From assembly GCF_009914755.1 (NCBI RefSeq), contig NC_060936.1: a stretch of 64,000 nt of DNA; one strand, written 5' to 3'. This DNA comes from the human T2T-CHM13v2.0 reference genome, Homo sapiens. Numbering within the stretch: position 1 is the first letter of the stretch; every line of letters begins with the position of its first letter. The position numbers and the translations under genes were made by a program. Below the pieces are notes generated by a model. That model was not told where the DNA came from and searched no databases. It was given only the letters and a program-made list of their open reading frames with translations. This document shows, one piece after another, positions 1 through 15,529 of this stretch.

Positions 1-220
1 TTGTTGTAGCCGTCCTGTGTTTAACATCTCTTCTCCAGTTTAAACCCCATCCAGACACTCTTAAAGGTTGTTTATTCCAGATCCTTTATAATCCATTCAT
101 TGTATGTTATTCTCTGTTTTTTTCCTTCCTTTATCTCATATTTCCTACATTATTACAGATGTTACGTTAGTGTCTGGCAGGCAGCCTCTGAAATGGCCCC
201 TAATAATCCCTGTCTCGTTA

Positions 221-521
<301 letters not shown>

Positions 522-730
522 TGTCTCATGACATTTATGCCCTCAAGTCACCCCCTTTCTTGGAGATGGAGCTGGACTACTTGACTCCCAATGAATAGGC
601 TACAACAGAAGTACTCAGGTGTTGCTTCTTCGGTTACAAAAAGACTGGCTTTCATTGTAGATGTACGCTCTTGCTCTGTCACTCTGAGGGAAGCTAGCTG
701 CCATCTTGTGTGCTGCCCGATGTGGAGGCC

Positions 731-1094
731 TGCATTTATTTGCCAGGGCCACCATATCAAAACACCACAGACTGTGTGGCTTAAGCAACAGAAGTCTATT
801 TCCCACAAGTCAAAGATCAAGGTGCAAGAAGGGTTGGTGCCTCCTGAAGCTACTCTCCTTGGCCTGCAGATCCAGCCCTCTTGCTGCCTCTTCACATGGT
901 TCTCCCTTTGTGCACCAGTACTCTTCAATGTTTAACCCTCTTTTTATAGGGACATTAGTCAGCTTGTATTTTTTCCTACCCTAAAAAATAAATCTTCATT
1001 TAATCACCTCTATAAAGGCACTATCTCCAAATATAGTCAGGTCTTAAGGTATTAGCAGTTAAGACATTAACATATGAATCTTCAGCCCATAACA
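731..1094 (-). mobile_element. MaLR LTR MLT1B-like, nested in MLT1F
   Basis: tg..gccagggccaccatatcaaaacaccacagactg..caagatcaaggtg..ctatctccaaata..cagcccataaca, i.e. both termini. Confidence 0.85.
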
Positions 1095-1465
1095 ATACCC
1101 CCATGCCAAGGAATGGAGGCCTCAGTCCAATAGCCTGTGGGAAACTGAATCCAGTAAGCAGCCATGTGAGTGAGCTTGGAAGCAGATTCTCCCCTAAGAT
1201 AGCCTTCAGATGAGATCAAAGACCTGGCCAAAGGCCTGACTGTAATCTCATGAGTAAACTTGAGCCAGAGGCATCACTACTGGCATTAATGACCTACAGA
1301 AACTGTGAGATGATAAATCTTTGAGAGTTTTTTTTTTAAAGCTTTTGAATTTCGTAGCAATTTGTTATACAGCAAGAGAAAAATAAGACAGTACTTTCAA
1401 ATTATCATGAGTTTTGTTTGTTGTCGGGTCTGTATTTTTTGGAGTAGAAAAAAAGGAGTTTTTAA

Positions 1466-1838
<373 letters not shown>

Positions 1839-3185
1839 CCACATCAGGTCTTAAACACTCATTTACCGGCTACAGAAAATGTTGGTTGTTGATGGCATAC
1901 AGCTGCATCCCAACAAAAATTGCATTCAGCTGACAGTTAATTTGTCTAATGTTTGAAATCCTAATGTATCTCTGTAGGGACTCTGGCTTTTCAGAGCATT
2001 TTCCAAACGCGTCCCTCATAAATTGGACCAGGCATAAGGAAAATATTGCCATAAGTTGCATTTTGCTTTCTCTTGGTGCTTTATACTCCCCTTGGGATTC
2101 AGTCCTTGTTTATCCTCCAGCAAGATATATAAGACTTAGGGGACAAAAAGGCAGAAGCACTACCTCTTTCAGAAATAAATTTTATTCCTTGCTACATTTA
2201 GGATAAAAGACCCAGCCCTCTTTATTATAAACTCAGGAATTGCTCTAATGGGGCTTCCAAGGATGTTACAACTGCCTTTCAGGGCCATTAGGCAGCAGCA
2301 AGGTGATAGCACTGCTTCCTGATTGCTGCTTGCAAAAGCGTTATTCAAAGCAAGTAGAAGCAGTTGAAACTCTTTCCTCACTACACTGGCATATATTTCA
2401 ATGATGATCACCGTAATTTTGACTCTCTTCCTGAAATAAGACAACAAAACAGAATGTAAACATTTTTTTGAAGATCAATTGATTTTTTTAAACTGGAAGC
2501 AAGCTGACCTTTTCAAAAAGTGCCATAAGAAATTGAGAATTGAAGTCATGTTATTAGGTATTTTGTCAGAAAAGCTAAATCCTCTGAATCCATAATCACT
2601 TTTATTCATGAGCTCTACATTCAATGACTTCCAGTACTCTACAATCTCAAATGTCAAGGTAAAGTGTTCATACATTAGAGCTTAGTTGCAAACACTTCGC
2701 TACATTAGGTGCAATTTAACCAGGAAAAGCGATATTTAAAAACATGACCACCAAATAGTATAATAGCTTGGTATAGACTGAAAATGATCATATGCTACAT
2801 TAGGAGAGCTATTCGAGTGTGCAAATAAAGGCATCCCAAATAATTCTGGGCATTTGGATAAGAAAATAAGTATGTTTAAATATGCTTAACACAAAGAAGA
2901 CAAAATGAAATGCAATTCTGAAGCCCTTATCTTTTATTCATATTTTAAATGTTTGTGCCTGACATTTATTTTACCAATCTAAAAATTCTGTTTTAAACTC
3001 CATGCGCAACCAACATTCTGTGCAATTTAGATTACTAATAGCTCAATGTAAATTATGAACAACCTAAAATTCTCCTAGAACTCTACTGTACTGGAAAGTT
3101 CATTATTGGGTACCCAAGAAATTCAGGCCAAAATTTAATTGAAAACATTGTTTCAATTAAGTCTGTGACAATGATGAGAGTATCA

Positions 3186-3232
3186 GTGTGTGTGTGTGTG
3201 TGTATGTGTGTGTATGGTGTGTGTGTGTCTGT
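3186..3232. repeat. (TG)n microsatellite, interrupted
   Basis: gtgtgtgtgtgtgtgtgtatgtgtg... Confidence 0.95.
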
Positions 3233-4680
3233 GTTGTTCAGCTGATTTCAAATCAAGGATGAAATTATTTTCCAATGGAAAAATCAGTGAGATCAGTGAG
3301 ATGAAAGGTAATCTTCTAGTTCTGAGTCTATCATTATCTACCTGTATAACTTTACCTTCTTTGTATCTTAGACTCTTTTTTTTTTTGTAAATTGACAATT
3401 TGAAAAAATATTGAGTCATTCTTATTTTTTTTTTGTTAGGCAAAATAATGAAAAATTGGCTAAATATTTTGTTAACTAGAGCATGAATTTGTGTAGATGA
3501 GTCTTAGGCAAAATAATGTAATTAAGATACCACATAGTTCTCAACTGAGTTTCACTTTACATGTTAAGAAAATAGATATTAAAACTGAGTCTTTTAATGT
3601 CTCAATATGTGTTTCAAAGGATGAGAAGATGTAACACAATGCACTGGGAAAGCTTCCAGAGAAGTATTGAGACAAGAGTTCGCAGGTGACCCCTGAGAAT
3701 CTATAATCTTTTAAGACAAGGATCATAAATCTATCCAAGAATTATCCTAGAGCAGTGTGTTGGATTTTTTCTGGGCTCTCATAAATATAAAAATACATAT
3801 TAATACCCCTTAAATCCATATAGAAAGAGAAGGACTAGACTATATTTTCTCTTAGGCAAGTGTGCAGGTTTCCATTTTGAGTAGGCATTGGAAGCAGAAA
3901 TCTTCTTGATACTCAAGAGAAAAACATAGTGAAGAATCATGCTAAAAATAAGGAAAATGTTACAAATTATTTGCTACATTAAATATGATTATTAAAAACA
4001 GAAGCCTTTGGTACCAAAGTCATCAAAAGAAAAAGAAAAACAACCCAGAACCTTGAGCTGTATTTCTTCTTCATCTCTGAAATAATGCATCTTCAATGAA
4101 TGAGGTGGCTTTGTATTAATATTAATGATGCCGAGTCTGGTAAAAAAAAAATTCCTCCAAATGGATTCCTTAGACAAAGGGACTTATTGTCCAAAGCAGG
4201 ATGTTGAAAATTCATAGAAAACAATTAAAAAGCAACATAGCTATCTCTTTTACCCCTACTAGGAAAGCAAAAATTTTCAAGCTAAAATGACTTAATCTTA
4301 AAATACAAAACACACTTTTAGATGTTAAATTCATCTCAAGAAAATTTTGAGCAATGTACTACATTATGCTATGAAAGATATTGCCCTGGGGTGGGGGAGG
4401 TGGAGAGAATGGAAACATTCTAACAAGTTGCATAAAATATTGTACACAAAATTACATGAATGATAAGAAATGTAATGGTTCCAAAAGCTCTAACCCAGGC
4501 AAAAACCCAGGAAACCTTTTGGCAAAAAGCGTCTGTATCTTTTAGTTGAAAATGCTGAATGGAGTAAGTAACATTTGCTCAGCATCAACTATATTGTGAA
4601 TAAAACAAAGAAACCCAGGAGAAAGTTTAGAAAATACAATCCAGGAATATTATTATTTCTGGTCAAATGGCAAGGAGTTG

Positions 4681-4983
<303 letters not shown>

Positions 4984-7204
4984 TTATAGTGTTTTTTTCT
5001 CCCTTGAATGTTTCTAAATACTATTACATCATTGTCTCCCAGAATATGGAAGTGTGGAGATGACAGAAATCAGCAAAATATTGGTATTTTAAAAATATAT
5101 ATATATATAAAAACAGCTTTCGAAGCTTAGATGTTTGTAGACCTTGTTTATTTTCCATGATGTTCAAGCATTTCTCCCGTTATTAATTCCTTTTAATGAA
5201 GTTTCTCGGCTTCTTACTGAGCCCTTGACGCTGGCAACTCCAGCCTTTCTTAGTTCAGCTATTGCCTCTGCCCTTTCCTCTGCCTGTCACACTTATTCTC
5301 TATTCCTTTCATCCTCCACTGTTCCTACTAAGAAAATCCCACTGATGAGGACCATTCAAATAGGAGGGGAGATTTCCTATCTCCTCCATGACAGTCTTGG
5401 TGAATCCCCCATGACATGGTAGAACGGTACCACAGATGAAACGTTTATAGCACTGACAACAGATGACCTTTTACCTTCTTTTTGCAAGATTATTACATCA
5501 ATGTCTTTTTCTCTCCATACTCTTTAAGTTTAATGAAGACAATGGCCATGGGCTTTTTAAAATAATTATTTTACTTACAATGTCCAATATCTATTCAAAA
5601 TACAAATATATGCATTTCTTGAATAACTGTTATCAAGGAAATTATATATTTATCCTTCATTTGCGCTCATGCTCTTTGTTTTTCTCTCTCTCCTTCTACA
5701 ACTCCTATTCCAAATAGATTCTCTTAAGACTTGGTTTTATGGTTCATTTATTTTTTCTCTTTATTTCTTCTTTGAGTTCCATAAAAACTGCTGAGGCTTA
5801 TGCTCTTTGTTACTAAATCAGTTATCCCCTATATACATCTATTATTTATAGAGTCCATAATGGTATTTGTTACTAAATTCAAACTTTTCATTACCATGGA
5901 GTTTCCTTTTGAATTTTGCATTTTTCCTCTTTATTATCACTTATTTTGATTTGTTAATGCAATATATTCTCTTGAATTTTAAGTAAATGAATTAAATATT
6001 TAAATTTGTCTTCTTTTTTTCCTCATTTTAAAATTTTCTTTGGTGGGGGTAAATATATTTCATAGTCTTAAAGCTATTATTTCTTCTTCCTATTAGTTCT
6101 CTAATTTCTTATTATATTTATTCATATTCTTATTATTTTTTCTTTTTCTTATAACTAAAGAAGAAGACTTATACTCAGCTAGCTATGAAAGTTCATACAG
6201 ACTTTCTCAGTCATTCAAAATGAACCAGGCTGGTGGAGATAGTTTTTCCTCTACAACAATAGTCAAGGGAGAAATATAAAAATGGGACAATTTTCTGCCC
6301 CTGCAATATGACTCATGGGCCAAAAATATTTATAGCTACTCCTCTGTGCATCTAAATTCAGATGTCCTTGGAATTCAGCTTCTGTCATGTGTTGAAAGAA
6401 TGATATATTAGAAATCTTGTTTTTAATGCTAAATCTTACGGTTTTTCAAAAAAATTATGATTTTTGACTGCAAGAAACAATATTTTGAGCAAAGCTTTCA
6501 ATTTTTAAATATTTCAGTTGACAATAATTTTCTAAATATTTGGGATTTCTCACATTTTTTCAATATTAGAGTAGCATGTTTTGGGGCTTTCCCCCTCATT
6601 TAAGTATTTTAATCAGCCATTCAGTAAATGTTTTCCCTAGAGAAGATACTGCCTTTTGATTCTAATAATGTGAGGTATTGTAGCTTGTATATGGTATCAA
6701 TTTATGCCAGAAATGTATTACTATTTTCTTTAAATAAACTATGAATGCTCTAAGAGTTCAGCCTATTAGCCACAATCCACTCTTGAAAATAAAGAAAGGC
6801 CACTAAATAGAGATGCGGGCTGCTATAAAGTTTAAGAAATCTTGTTTTAACACTGAAAAAAGAAAATGTGCAGTTAAAACACTGATTTGATTTCCTAATA
6901 TTCAGTCACACTAATTAATCACATTTGATCATTCAGCTATTTCTTTTTTGTTTCTTTTGATGTTTTGACTTTCAATTAACTAATACAGAAATACTGCAGT
7001 GTCTGCATATTAATTAAGTGTATTGCAGTTTTCTCCCAATTATAATTATAAAAGTAAAAGAGACCAAATCATTATCTATAGAGACAGAATGAGAGAGAAA
7101 GATGGAAAGCCAGTGTGTTCTCACTCCATGGGAATAATAACCCTCCTTAAAACTTTTACTGTAAGTGGAATTACAGCCTGCCTTATCCATATCTAGAATA
7201 GCTA

Positions 7205-7480
7205 GCTATAATACAGCAATTTCACTCTGAGCTATTTAACTAAAAATAAAAGGAAAACCCCACAGCTCATGTACATAGATATTTATAGCAGCTTCATTCA
7301 TAATAGCCAACAGCTGTAAATAACTCATTGTCCATCAGTGGGCTAAAAGATACAAAAATTGTGGTGTGATCATACAATGGCATAATACCTAGCAATATAA
7401 ATGAGCCAATTGCTAATGCAAGCAAAAACTTAAGAAATCTCAATCAAAAGCATCGTGTTAAGCAAGAGATGTCAGACACA
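7205..7480 (+). mobile_element. Old L1 (L1M) 3' fragment
   Basis: cagcaatttcactc..atttatagcagcttcattcataatagccaa..aaattgtggtg..catacaatgg. Confidence 0.75.
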
Positions 7481-7606
7481 GTACCATTTCGAAAAAGTCA
7501 AAAATTTTAATCACTTTTCTCACTATGTTTTGATAGTACTTCTTCCAGTGTCCCCAATTCCCTTTAATCACATTGTAATATTCCAATGTTCCCGCAAGCA
7601 CTCCTC

Positions 7607-7750
7607 TGTGTCAAAGACCAATGTTGTTTATCTCTATAACGCAGAGTAGAGCACAACATATGTGAAAGACCTGTGTCATTTATCTCTATAACTCAGAGTA
7701 GAGCACAGCATCTAGCGCATATAGCAATCTTAATAAATATTTCCTGAATA
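7607..7750 (+). repeat. About 52-bp tandem duplication in an L2 3' tail relic
   Basis: tttatctctataac(g/t)cagagtagagcaca occurs twice, followed by an L2-like aataaatatttcctgaata. Confidence 0.7.
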
Positions 7751-7774
7751 GCCAGCCCAGTTTCTGAATTGGCC

Positions 7775-8305
7775 CTGAAATTCTAAGATGGCCTTCAAGA
7801 TTTCAACCTCCCGTTGTACATACCCTGTAAGATCCCTTCCCAGTGAGTGTAGGTAGAACATGTGAATGTGATCGGATAGTCACTTCTGTGATTATAATGC
7901 ATTATATGGGACTCCACTCTAACACATTAGGAGGGATTCTCCAGCTGGCCTTTAATTAGAAAGCAAGCTGCCAGGTAGTGAGAGGCCAACATGGACAAAA
8001 CCTGAAGGTAGCCTCTAGGAGCTGTAAACCACCTTGGCCAACAGCCAGCAAGAAAATGAGGACTGCAGCCCTCCAACTGCAAGACACTGAATTCTGCCAA
8101 CAACCTGAATGTGCTTGGAAGAGAAACTCGCACTCTAAATGAGAACATATCTCAACTTATTTCAGCCATGTGAGACCTTGAACAGAGAATCCAGCTGTGC
8201 TGTGCTTGGACTTTTCGTCTACAGAAACTGTGAGATAATAATTGTATGTTTGTTTAAGCCACTAAGTTTGTGGTAATTTATTACAGAGAAATTGAAAAAG
8301 AGTAT
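7775..8305 (+). mobile_element. MaLR LTR (MLT1E-like)
   Basis: aattctaagatggcc..cctctaggagctg..cagccagcaagaaaatgaggac..tttaagccactaagtttgtggtaatt. Confidence 0.85.
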
Positions 8306-8550
8306 AAAGTCCTTTGAATAATGTGTGTTGTTTAAAGTGTGCAGATTGGTTTATGCACAAAGAAGATGACCAACAAGTATTTACATCAAATACTCTGATT
8401 CCTTAGTTAATGAATTGGATATGCTATTCCATAGAACAGTTCAGATTAATTTATAGCCATAAAGGATCAGGAAAATGATAAAAGTTTGCTATATTGGGAT
8501 GATGGACTAAATTATTCTATATATTGCCCACACGCTGAGAGACCATGGCT

Positions 8551-8600
8551 CAAACCTGCACATGTACCCTTGAATTTAAAAGGTAAATAAAAAAGAAATA
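8551..8600 (+). mobile_element. Very short L1P 3' end
   Basis: caaacctgcacatgtacccttgaatttaaaaggtaaataaaaaag. Confidence 0.7.
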
Positions 8601-9044
8601 TTGATGATAGAATAAAGAGAAATATAGAACAAAGAGAATAAATTTCTTACTAATTATTTTGCATTAAATTATATGACTATGGCATTTACTGAAAAAAAAA
8701 AACTGTTGATTTTTAAATACTCTTAAAGTATATTCTGAATTAAGGAACATTTCTTCAACACATTAGAAACATGGATCCCCAAGACCTATGGCAGATATCA
8801 TCACAAAGCACTCACAATAAAAATTTTTTGAAGGCAAAATTAAGGGCAAAATTATATCAAAATTAGTTAAGGCTTAGAAGTGTAACACTCTTAATCTGTT
8901 TAGGTCAGTAATTCATTTCTACTTCACTGAAGTTACTTCATTAGCTTTACTAGAGTTATAGAAAGACAGAACTTTTGGTAGGAAAATGTGTTAATTGCAG
9001 CGTGGGGAAATAATGCTGTGCAAGTCATTTGAGTTTCAACAGTA

Positions 9045-9255
9045 AGAGGGTTGGATTCCAATTCCACTGAGTTACTTAGAAACTTGGCCTTCTGTAACTT
9101 AATGTCTCATCTACAGAACCGAGAGAATGATGCCCATCTTAAATGTTTATTGAGAAGGTAAGAAATAACATTTTTGATGTTATTTCTCAACATCAGCAAC
9201 AGAGCATGTTGAGCAACAGAGCATGCTCAACATATGTGGTCTTTAATTATTAGTT
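9045..9255 (+). mobile_element. MIR relic
   Basis: ggattccaattccact..aacttggcc..ctcatctacag..gagaatgatg..gctcaacatatg..aattattag. Confidence 0.55.
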
Positions 9256-11341
9256 GGATAATTTATTTTACCATGACAATGATGTTATTTGAGGAGGTTC
9301 TGATTTAAGTGTTCTGAACTAATGAGTAAATGAAGAATTGAAATATTCTAGGAGTACAATAGTGGACTGAAATAACATTTTCCTTCTAATGTGATATGGA
9401 GAGAAAAAGTGTAACATCTTGAAAAGTACATAGACTTTAGATTCAAAAATACTTCAATCAAATAAATCTCCATTGGTTCCCAACTGTGAGATCTTGTGCA
9501 AAATGTAAAAAGAAAAGTACTAATAATTGGAATAATGTTAAAATAACAAATAGAATAGCTTTGGAATAGAGCTTAGTTCAATGCCAGCCACATCAGAGTC
9601 ATCTAAAACTGGAAGCTCCTAATAATATTTCATTTTATATCTTAAAGTAACTGCATATCCTAATTTTTTTTCCAAAAGTACCCATGTCAAATCCACAGGT
9701 TAAATTATTTCATAAGTATTAGGAACACATTCTATCTAGTTCTGCATTTTGACCATTACTTAAACAAGTTATACTATTATTTTTATTCTCTTCCGAAGTA
9801 ACTTTAATATTTGTTTTATTTTCACAGAAAGGATTTGCCCCCAGCCTTAGCATCCAATAAGAACAATGAATAACACTTTTCTGATACAAAGTGTTCTGAT
9901 GCTCCATTAATATAGGCATATACTTACGCTGGGCAATTTGCTGTAATTACAGTCTGACTATTTAAATCTCATGTGGAATACCATAAAAACAGGAAAAACC
10001 TAATACAAATATGTGAATCAAGGGATTGTTTTAATGCGTTGGGAAACTATAAGCACTAATTATACTTTAAAATGTGTCTATACTGCAAAAATAATCATAA
10101 AGTAGGAAATTATAAAATGATATGGTATATAATGTATTGATGGCATAGCACATAAATATATAGGTATATAGAATGCCTGCCTGTGCAATAAAAATTATTT
10201 GTTTTGAAAAATTAAAAGGTTTCCTTATCCTATTTTTATTCTTTAAATACAGAGTTAAAACAATCCTCTCTACATTAAATAGGCTCACAATACAAATTTA
10301 TGGAATTTTAGCAGGAACTCAGTTTTTAATTTTGAATAATCCACTTCGTTATGTAATATGTATGGAGTTGGGAAGCAAGTCAACTCTAAATGAAACTACA
10401 CAAAGTCCATTTTATGAGGAAAGAAGTGAACTATCAACTTTTACTATCTCTAGAGGTTGAGTATTTTTTGGAAATTGAATTTTACAGAAGTAATAGAATT
10501 AGGAATCAGTAAATGGAAATATCACAGGAGAAAAGTCTAAAAACAGAATAAGGATTCCCAAAAGCAAGGGAAGGAAGCAAACTAGGAAAAGGCCAAGACT
10601 CCAAACCCCAAAAGTAAAGGTATCTATAATTTTTGATGGTAATTCAAAACTGAATTGGAAAATAGATGCTTAAGTTTTTAATTATTTATAGTTGTTTCTT
10701 TTGTCATAAAATTTACTCATGTAATCATAGGACTGCTTACTTTAGAATGTGTTCCTTCTCAGTCTCACTGTTTTGTTAGCCTATTTTTGCCCTTACCTAT
10801 TCAAGTTTCCACCATTTTGCATAAAATGGATGAGTGTAGGCAGAATTTCAACATGTGACCATTGTTTCAAGATCTCAATTGGGACAATATCTAGATAGAT
10901 TAATATTTTCAATCTTGGCTACTTGGCACAATATTTGAATTTTGAAACTTAAAACAATGAAATCCTAAACTTACAAGATCTTATGCAAAGGAAATTGCTT
11001 AGGCAAAGAATCTCAAATATTGAAGATTGTAAGAGGGCAACACTTAAATGTCTTCTTTCAATTTTCTTTTGAGAAAAATGCCAGTCCTAAGTTATGAATG
11101 AATTAACCGGACTTACTCTATGAATGGAGAGGAATAATCCTGGGTCTTTGACTACAATGAGTTAATGGACTATCATTGATTTTCATAGACCTAGTAATTA
11201 ACAGCCTCATCAGAAGTGAAGTGAGACACAGCCTAACATTGATGCATTTTAGAAAAGAGCTATAATTTTTACATTTGTGAGTCTCAATTAACATTGCATT
11301 CAAAGATTAAGGACATAAATAATTAATTAAAACATGGATGA

Positions 11342-11671
<330 letters not shown>

Positions 11672-12650
11672 TAAACTTTTAAAAATTGTATATTCTTCCT
11701 TAATAATTTATAAACTTATGGAAGTTTTGGCTCGTCCCATAGTTATGGCTTGCTGTGAAGCTCTGAAGCTTTTCAGTGTTCTAAGTTGTTTTGTAATTTA
11801 TGAAGTGCATTCAAATAAACTAATTCATTTTGATAGTGCTCTTTACATGTTGGTTGTTCAATTTCAGGGGTCGTTAGAGCTGTAACCTTCTTGCATCACA
11901 CACTTAATAAAAATGGAATGAAAAGTCATGATCCAAAACCTGACAACTGTGTGAAACCTCTCTGCTCTTCTAGATGTATTTTTGTCCACTGAGGAAGAAC
12001 TTTCCTTTTTCCTTCAACTTAGTGTTTTGAAGAATGTGTTATGTACACATATAATGCTATATCGGATAATTGTAGGCAGTTCACTGACAAACATTTATAC
12101 TTACATCTATTAAATTTTTTTTAAAAGCATATGTACATTGAATTCATAATTCCAAAGATATCACTGTATAGGAATAGAATAAATTAGAAAAAGAGTTAAC
12201 TTAATACTGAATTAAACTACATAAATAATAAGTTATTAGTTATGATAAATATGACATAACACAAGTAATAGTTGTATTCATTTATGACAGAAAAATTATA
12301 AAATTTGTAAGAAAATAAAGATTGAGAAATACTTATTCTACATGCTGGCCTACTGAAAGTTCTATAATTTCTGTTTATTCCCCAACATATCTCTTTAGAA
12401 ACTGAGAAAATCTGAGTACCTATCATTCAATTTGTTGTGCCTAATTTTGGAGGATCAGAATGGTAATGTGGAAAGGAGATTCAGTTATAATTCCTGCTCT
12501 GAGAATTATAAGATATATGTGGAATTGGAGAATTATTGAAGCTCTCAGAGCAATTCTGGCAAATCTAATAAGTCAAATTTATAAATGAAACAGATTAGCT
12601 TGTCTTAAGCACTCAACTACTGCATATCAATAACCAAATTATCAAATACC

Positions 12651-12709
12651 TTACAAATTAAAATATATCTTAAATCATTACAAATTAAAATATATCTTAA
12701 ATCATTACA
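12651..12709. repeat. Perfect 27-bp tandem duplication
   Basis: ttacaaattaaaatatatcttaaatca x2 plus ttaca. Confidence 0.95.
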
Positions 12710-12780
12710 TATTTCAAATTGAAATCACTAATACTGTAGAGAAAAAAATTGTACTTCAGTTATGTACCTCTAGAGTACAC

Positions 12781-13081
12781 TTTTTTTTTTTTTTTTTTTG
12801 AGACGGAGTCTTGCTCTGTCACCCAGGCTGGAGTGCAGTGGCGCTATCTCGGCTCACTGCAAGCTCTGCCTCCCGGGTTCATGCCATTCTCCTGCCTCAG
12901 CTCCCCCGAGTAGCTGGGACTACAGGTGCCCGCCACCACGCCCGGCTAAGTTTTTGTATTTTTAGTAGAGACGGGGTTTCATCGTGTTAGCCAGGATGGC
13001 CTCAATCTCCTGACCTCGTGATCTGCCCGCCTCTGCCTCCCAAAGTGTTGGGATTACAGGCGTCAGCCACCGCGCCCGGCC
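12781..13081 (-). mobile_element. AluY
   Basis: gcaagctc..gccattctcc, ttagccaggatgg and ctgacctcgtgat diagnostics; many CpGs retained; TSD t(a/g)gagtacact. Confidence 0.95.
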
Positions 13082-13314
13082 TGGAGTACACTCTTCCAGA
13101 TGATCTGAATCTAGTCTTTCATTGTCTTTGAGCTATTTTGCAAGTTTGTACATTGTAGCTAACTGATGGCAACAAATACAATTCTTTTTTTACATATGTA
13201 AATTCTGTCCTGTCCTATAGAAATTCAATTGCCTTAATACAAATACAAATACAAAATCAGAAATATACGAATACGTATATAAAATCAGATTCTCAATTCT
13301 CCCTGTTGAGACTG

Positions 13315-13595
13315 AGAGCCTTTTCTCCCTTTTCTGAGAACATTTGCTTTAGAAAACTTGTAAATTATTTCTGTCTTTAAAAGATGTGTAAATCTTTTAA
13401 AAAGCTAAACAAGACTCTTACCAACTTTAAGATCCAGAATGCCTCTTTGAAGGACCTGGGAGACAATTCTGACACAAAATCATCAAGGAAGATAACTCTC
13501 CCATCTCCCAGTTTCTGCAGGAGGCTAGAAGCCTAACTTTGGTAGAAACCTTCCTCTGAAACTATCTTCCATCATAAAAATGTGAGATGTTTGTT
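13315..13595 (+). mobile_element. ERV1 LTR internal fragment (MER34-like)
   Basis: tttagaaaacttg..aaaagctaaacaag..aaggacctgggag..catcaaggaagata..agcctaactt. Confidence 0.65.
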
Positions 13596-13877
13596 GAGAC
13601 CTTTGTCAATATTGAACATCCTGCCTTGTTCACAGGGGATCTTCAGTTCATGCCTATCGTGCTCCTAATTTTGCAAACTGATTTTTCTGGAACCAGCCTA
13701 ATTTAGTTAGGAATTAGAAAACTGTTTAGTTATTTCCTCCCCTCCCCCTTCCCCTTCTCCCTCTTCCTTCTTCCTTCTTCATATTTCTTTCTCTCACTAC
13801 CAGATTCTACTGAAAAGAAGCTTCAGAATAAGCTCTGACACACAAGTAGACATTTGTTATTCAGGAAACAAAAAATC

Positions 13878-14595
13878 TGTGAAATGAAAATAAATCTTGG
13901 GACCCCCAAATCACTAAGCCAAAGGGAAAAGTCAAACTGGGAACTGCATCTAGCAGACCTGCCTCCCGTTTTATTTCAGAATGAGATAGCTATAAAGACA
14001 AAAAAGCTACATATCACCCTCACAATTTTCCCACAGGGAAATTCCTTGTGGGCCTCAAGATCTTTACCCTAAAACAGTTCTGTTGAATTTCACCCCGGTA
14101 ATGTACATTAATCGCTTATCTTCACAGGTGCAGAGCAAAGGACAGAACTCATAGTTATCCCTCTGCTCACCTGAGACAAAGGCATATCTTATTGCTTCTT
14201 CTGCCCTATTGTTTATGTAAAAATGCAGATTCACTGAATCAGACTAAGGCATAAGTGACTACTACTCTACCCCAACACATGTGAATTATGTATTCAGTGA
14301 AATGGTGATCAAAGACATGAATGCAACCTTTTATCTCTTATCTATGACCTGGAAGCCATGACCCCTGCCCCTTTCAGTTGCCCCGCCTTTCTGAACCAAA
14401 CCCATGTACATTGCACACATAGCGATTGGTGTCTCATGTCTCCCTAAAATGTATAAAAGCAAGCTGTATTCCAATCACCTTGGGCATATGTCATCAGGAC
14501 CTCCTGAGGCTGTGTCACAGATGCATCCTTTAACTTTAGCAAAATAAATTTTCTAAATTTGATTGAGACCTCTCTCAGAAAATTTTAGGTTCGCA
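13878..14595 (+). mobile_element. ERV1 solo LTR MER4A-like
   Basis: TGTGAAA..aaataaatcttgggacccccaaatcactaagccaaagggaaaagtc..tgtataaaa..ggacctcctgaggctgtgtcac..aaaataaa..CA. Confidence 0.9.
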
Positions 14596-15529
14596 AAAGA
14601 GTTACAGACTCTGTCTTGCAACCAACTGAATAAGGTCCAGATCCTGCTGACCATTTATTGGTGTCTGATCTTCCCACTTAGAGGTGGGTGCATGAATTTA
14701 TTTAAATAAAAACACACACAATTTTTTCAATTTTATCAAAGAAAGCTCCTGTCCAAAATCCTCTGTGCTAGTTGAGAAACTACTAATTTTACCAATGGAT
14801 AAGCATTTTAACTTTCACTGTATAAATTAGTGTAGCTTCAAGTGTTGATGGAAGAGAAAGATAGCTGAAACACCAGTAGAAGCTGCCTTTGGGGATGGCC
14901 TTTTAGATTAAAGGACAGCAGACCACCTCCAGAGTGTGAATTCTTGATTAGGGCAACTGCTGCCCCTAGGATGCAAATTGAAACTAATATAGATTTTAGT
15001 CACAGCCTCCACACTGAAGTGTTTTTAAATAAATTTCTTACATCATAATATCAATGTATTATGTATCCCTTGGGCTTTTTTTTTAAAGTTTTACCATTAC
15101 TCAGTTTTTACCCTAACTTTTCTTACATTTTATTTCTTGATTTTGAATACGTGGAATTAATTTTTCCTTAGTTCTGAAATGGCTAATTTTCTACTAATCT
15201 CTTTATTGTTTCATAAGATTCTGCATCCTCCCTCTCTGGACCAGTAATTTTTCTCTTTGGCCAAAATTCTGTTACTGTATTGATCCTACCAGGCCACTTC
15301 ACTCCTTTAGAAGATATCTACTTTATCCTTTGTAAGTATTTGCTTTTGTCACTCCAGTAATTCTTATTACTGATTACAGTTAAAAATCTGTATTGCACTG
15401 ATTTTCAGTCTCATATTTAAAGAATAGATTTTGTAAAGGGATAAAATTTTATGAATGAGATGGTTGGGAAATTTAGTGTAAAGGCAAAAGGTACCCACAG
15501 AAAGTAGAAAGTGTGAGTCATAAATGGAG

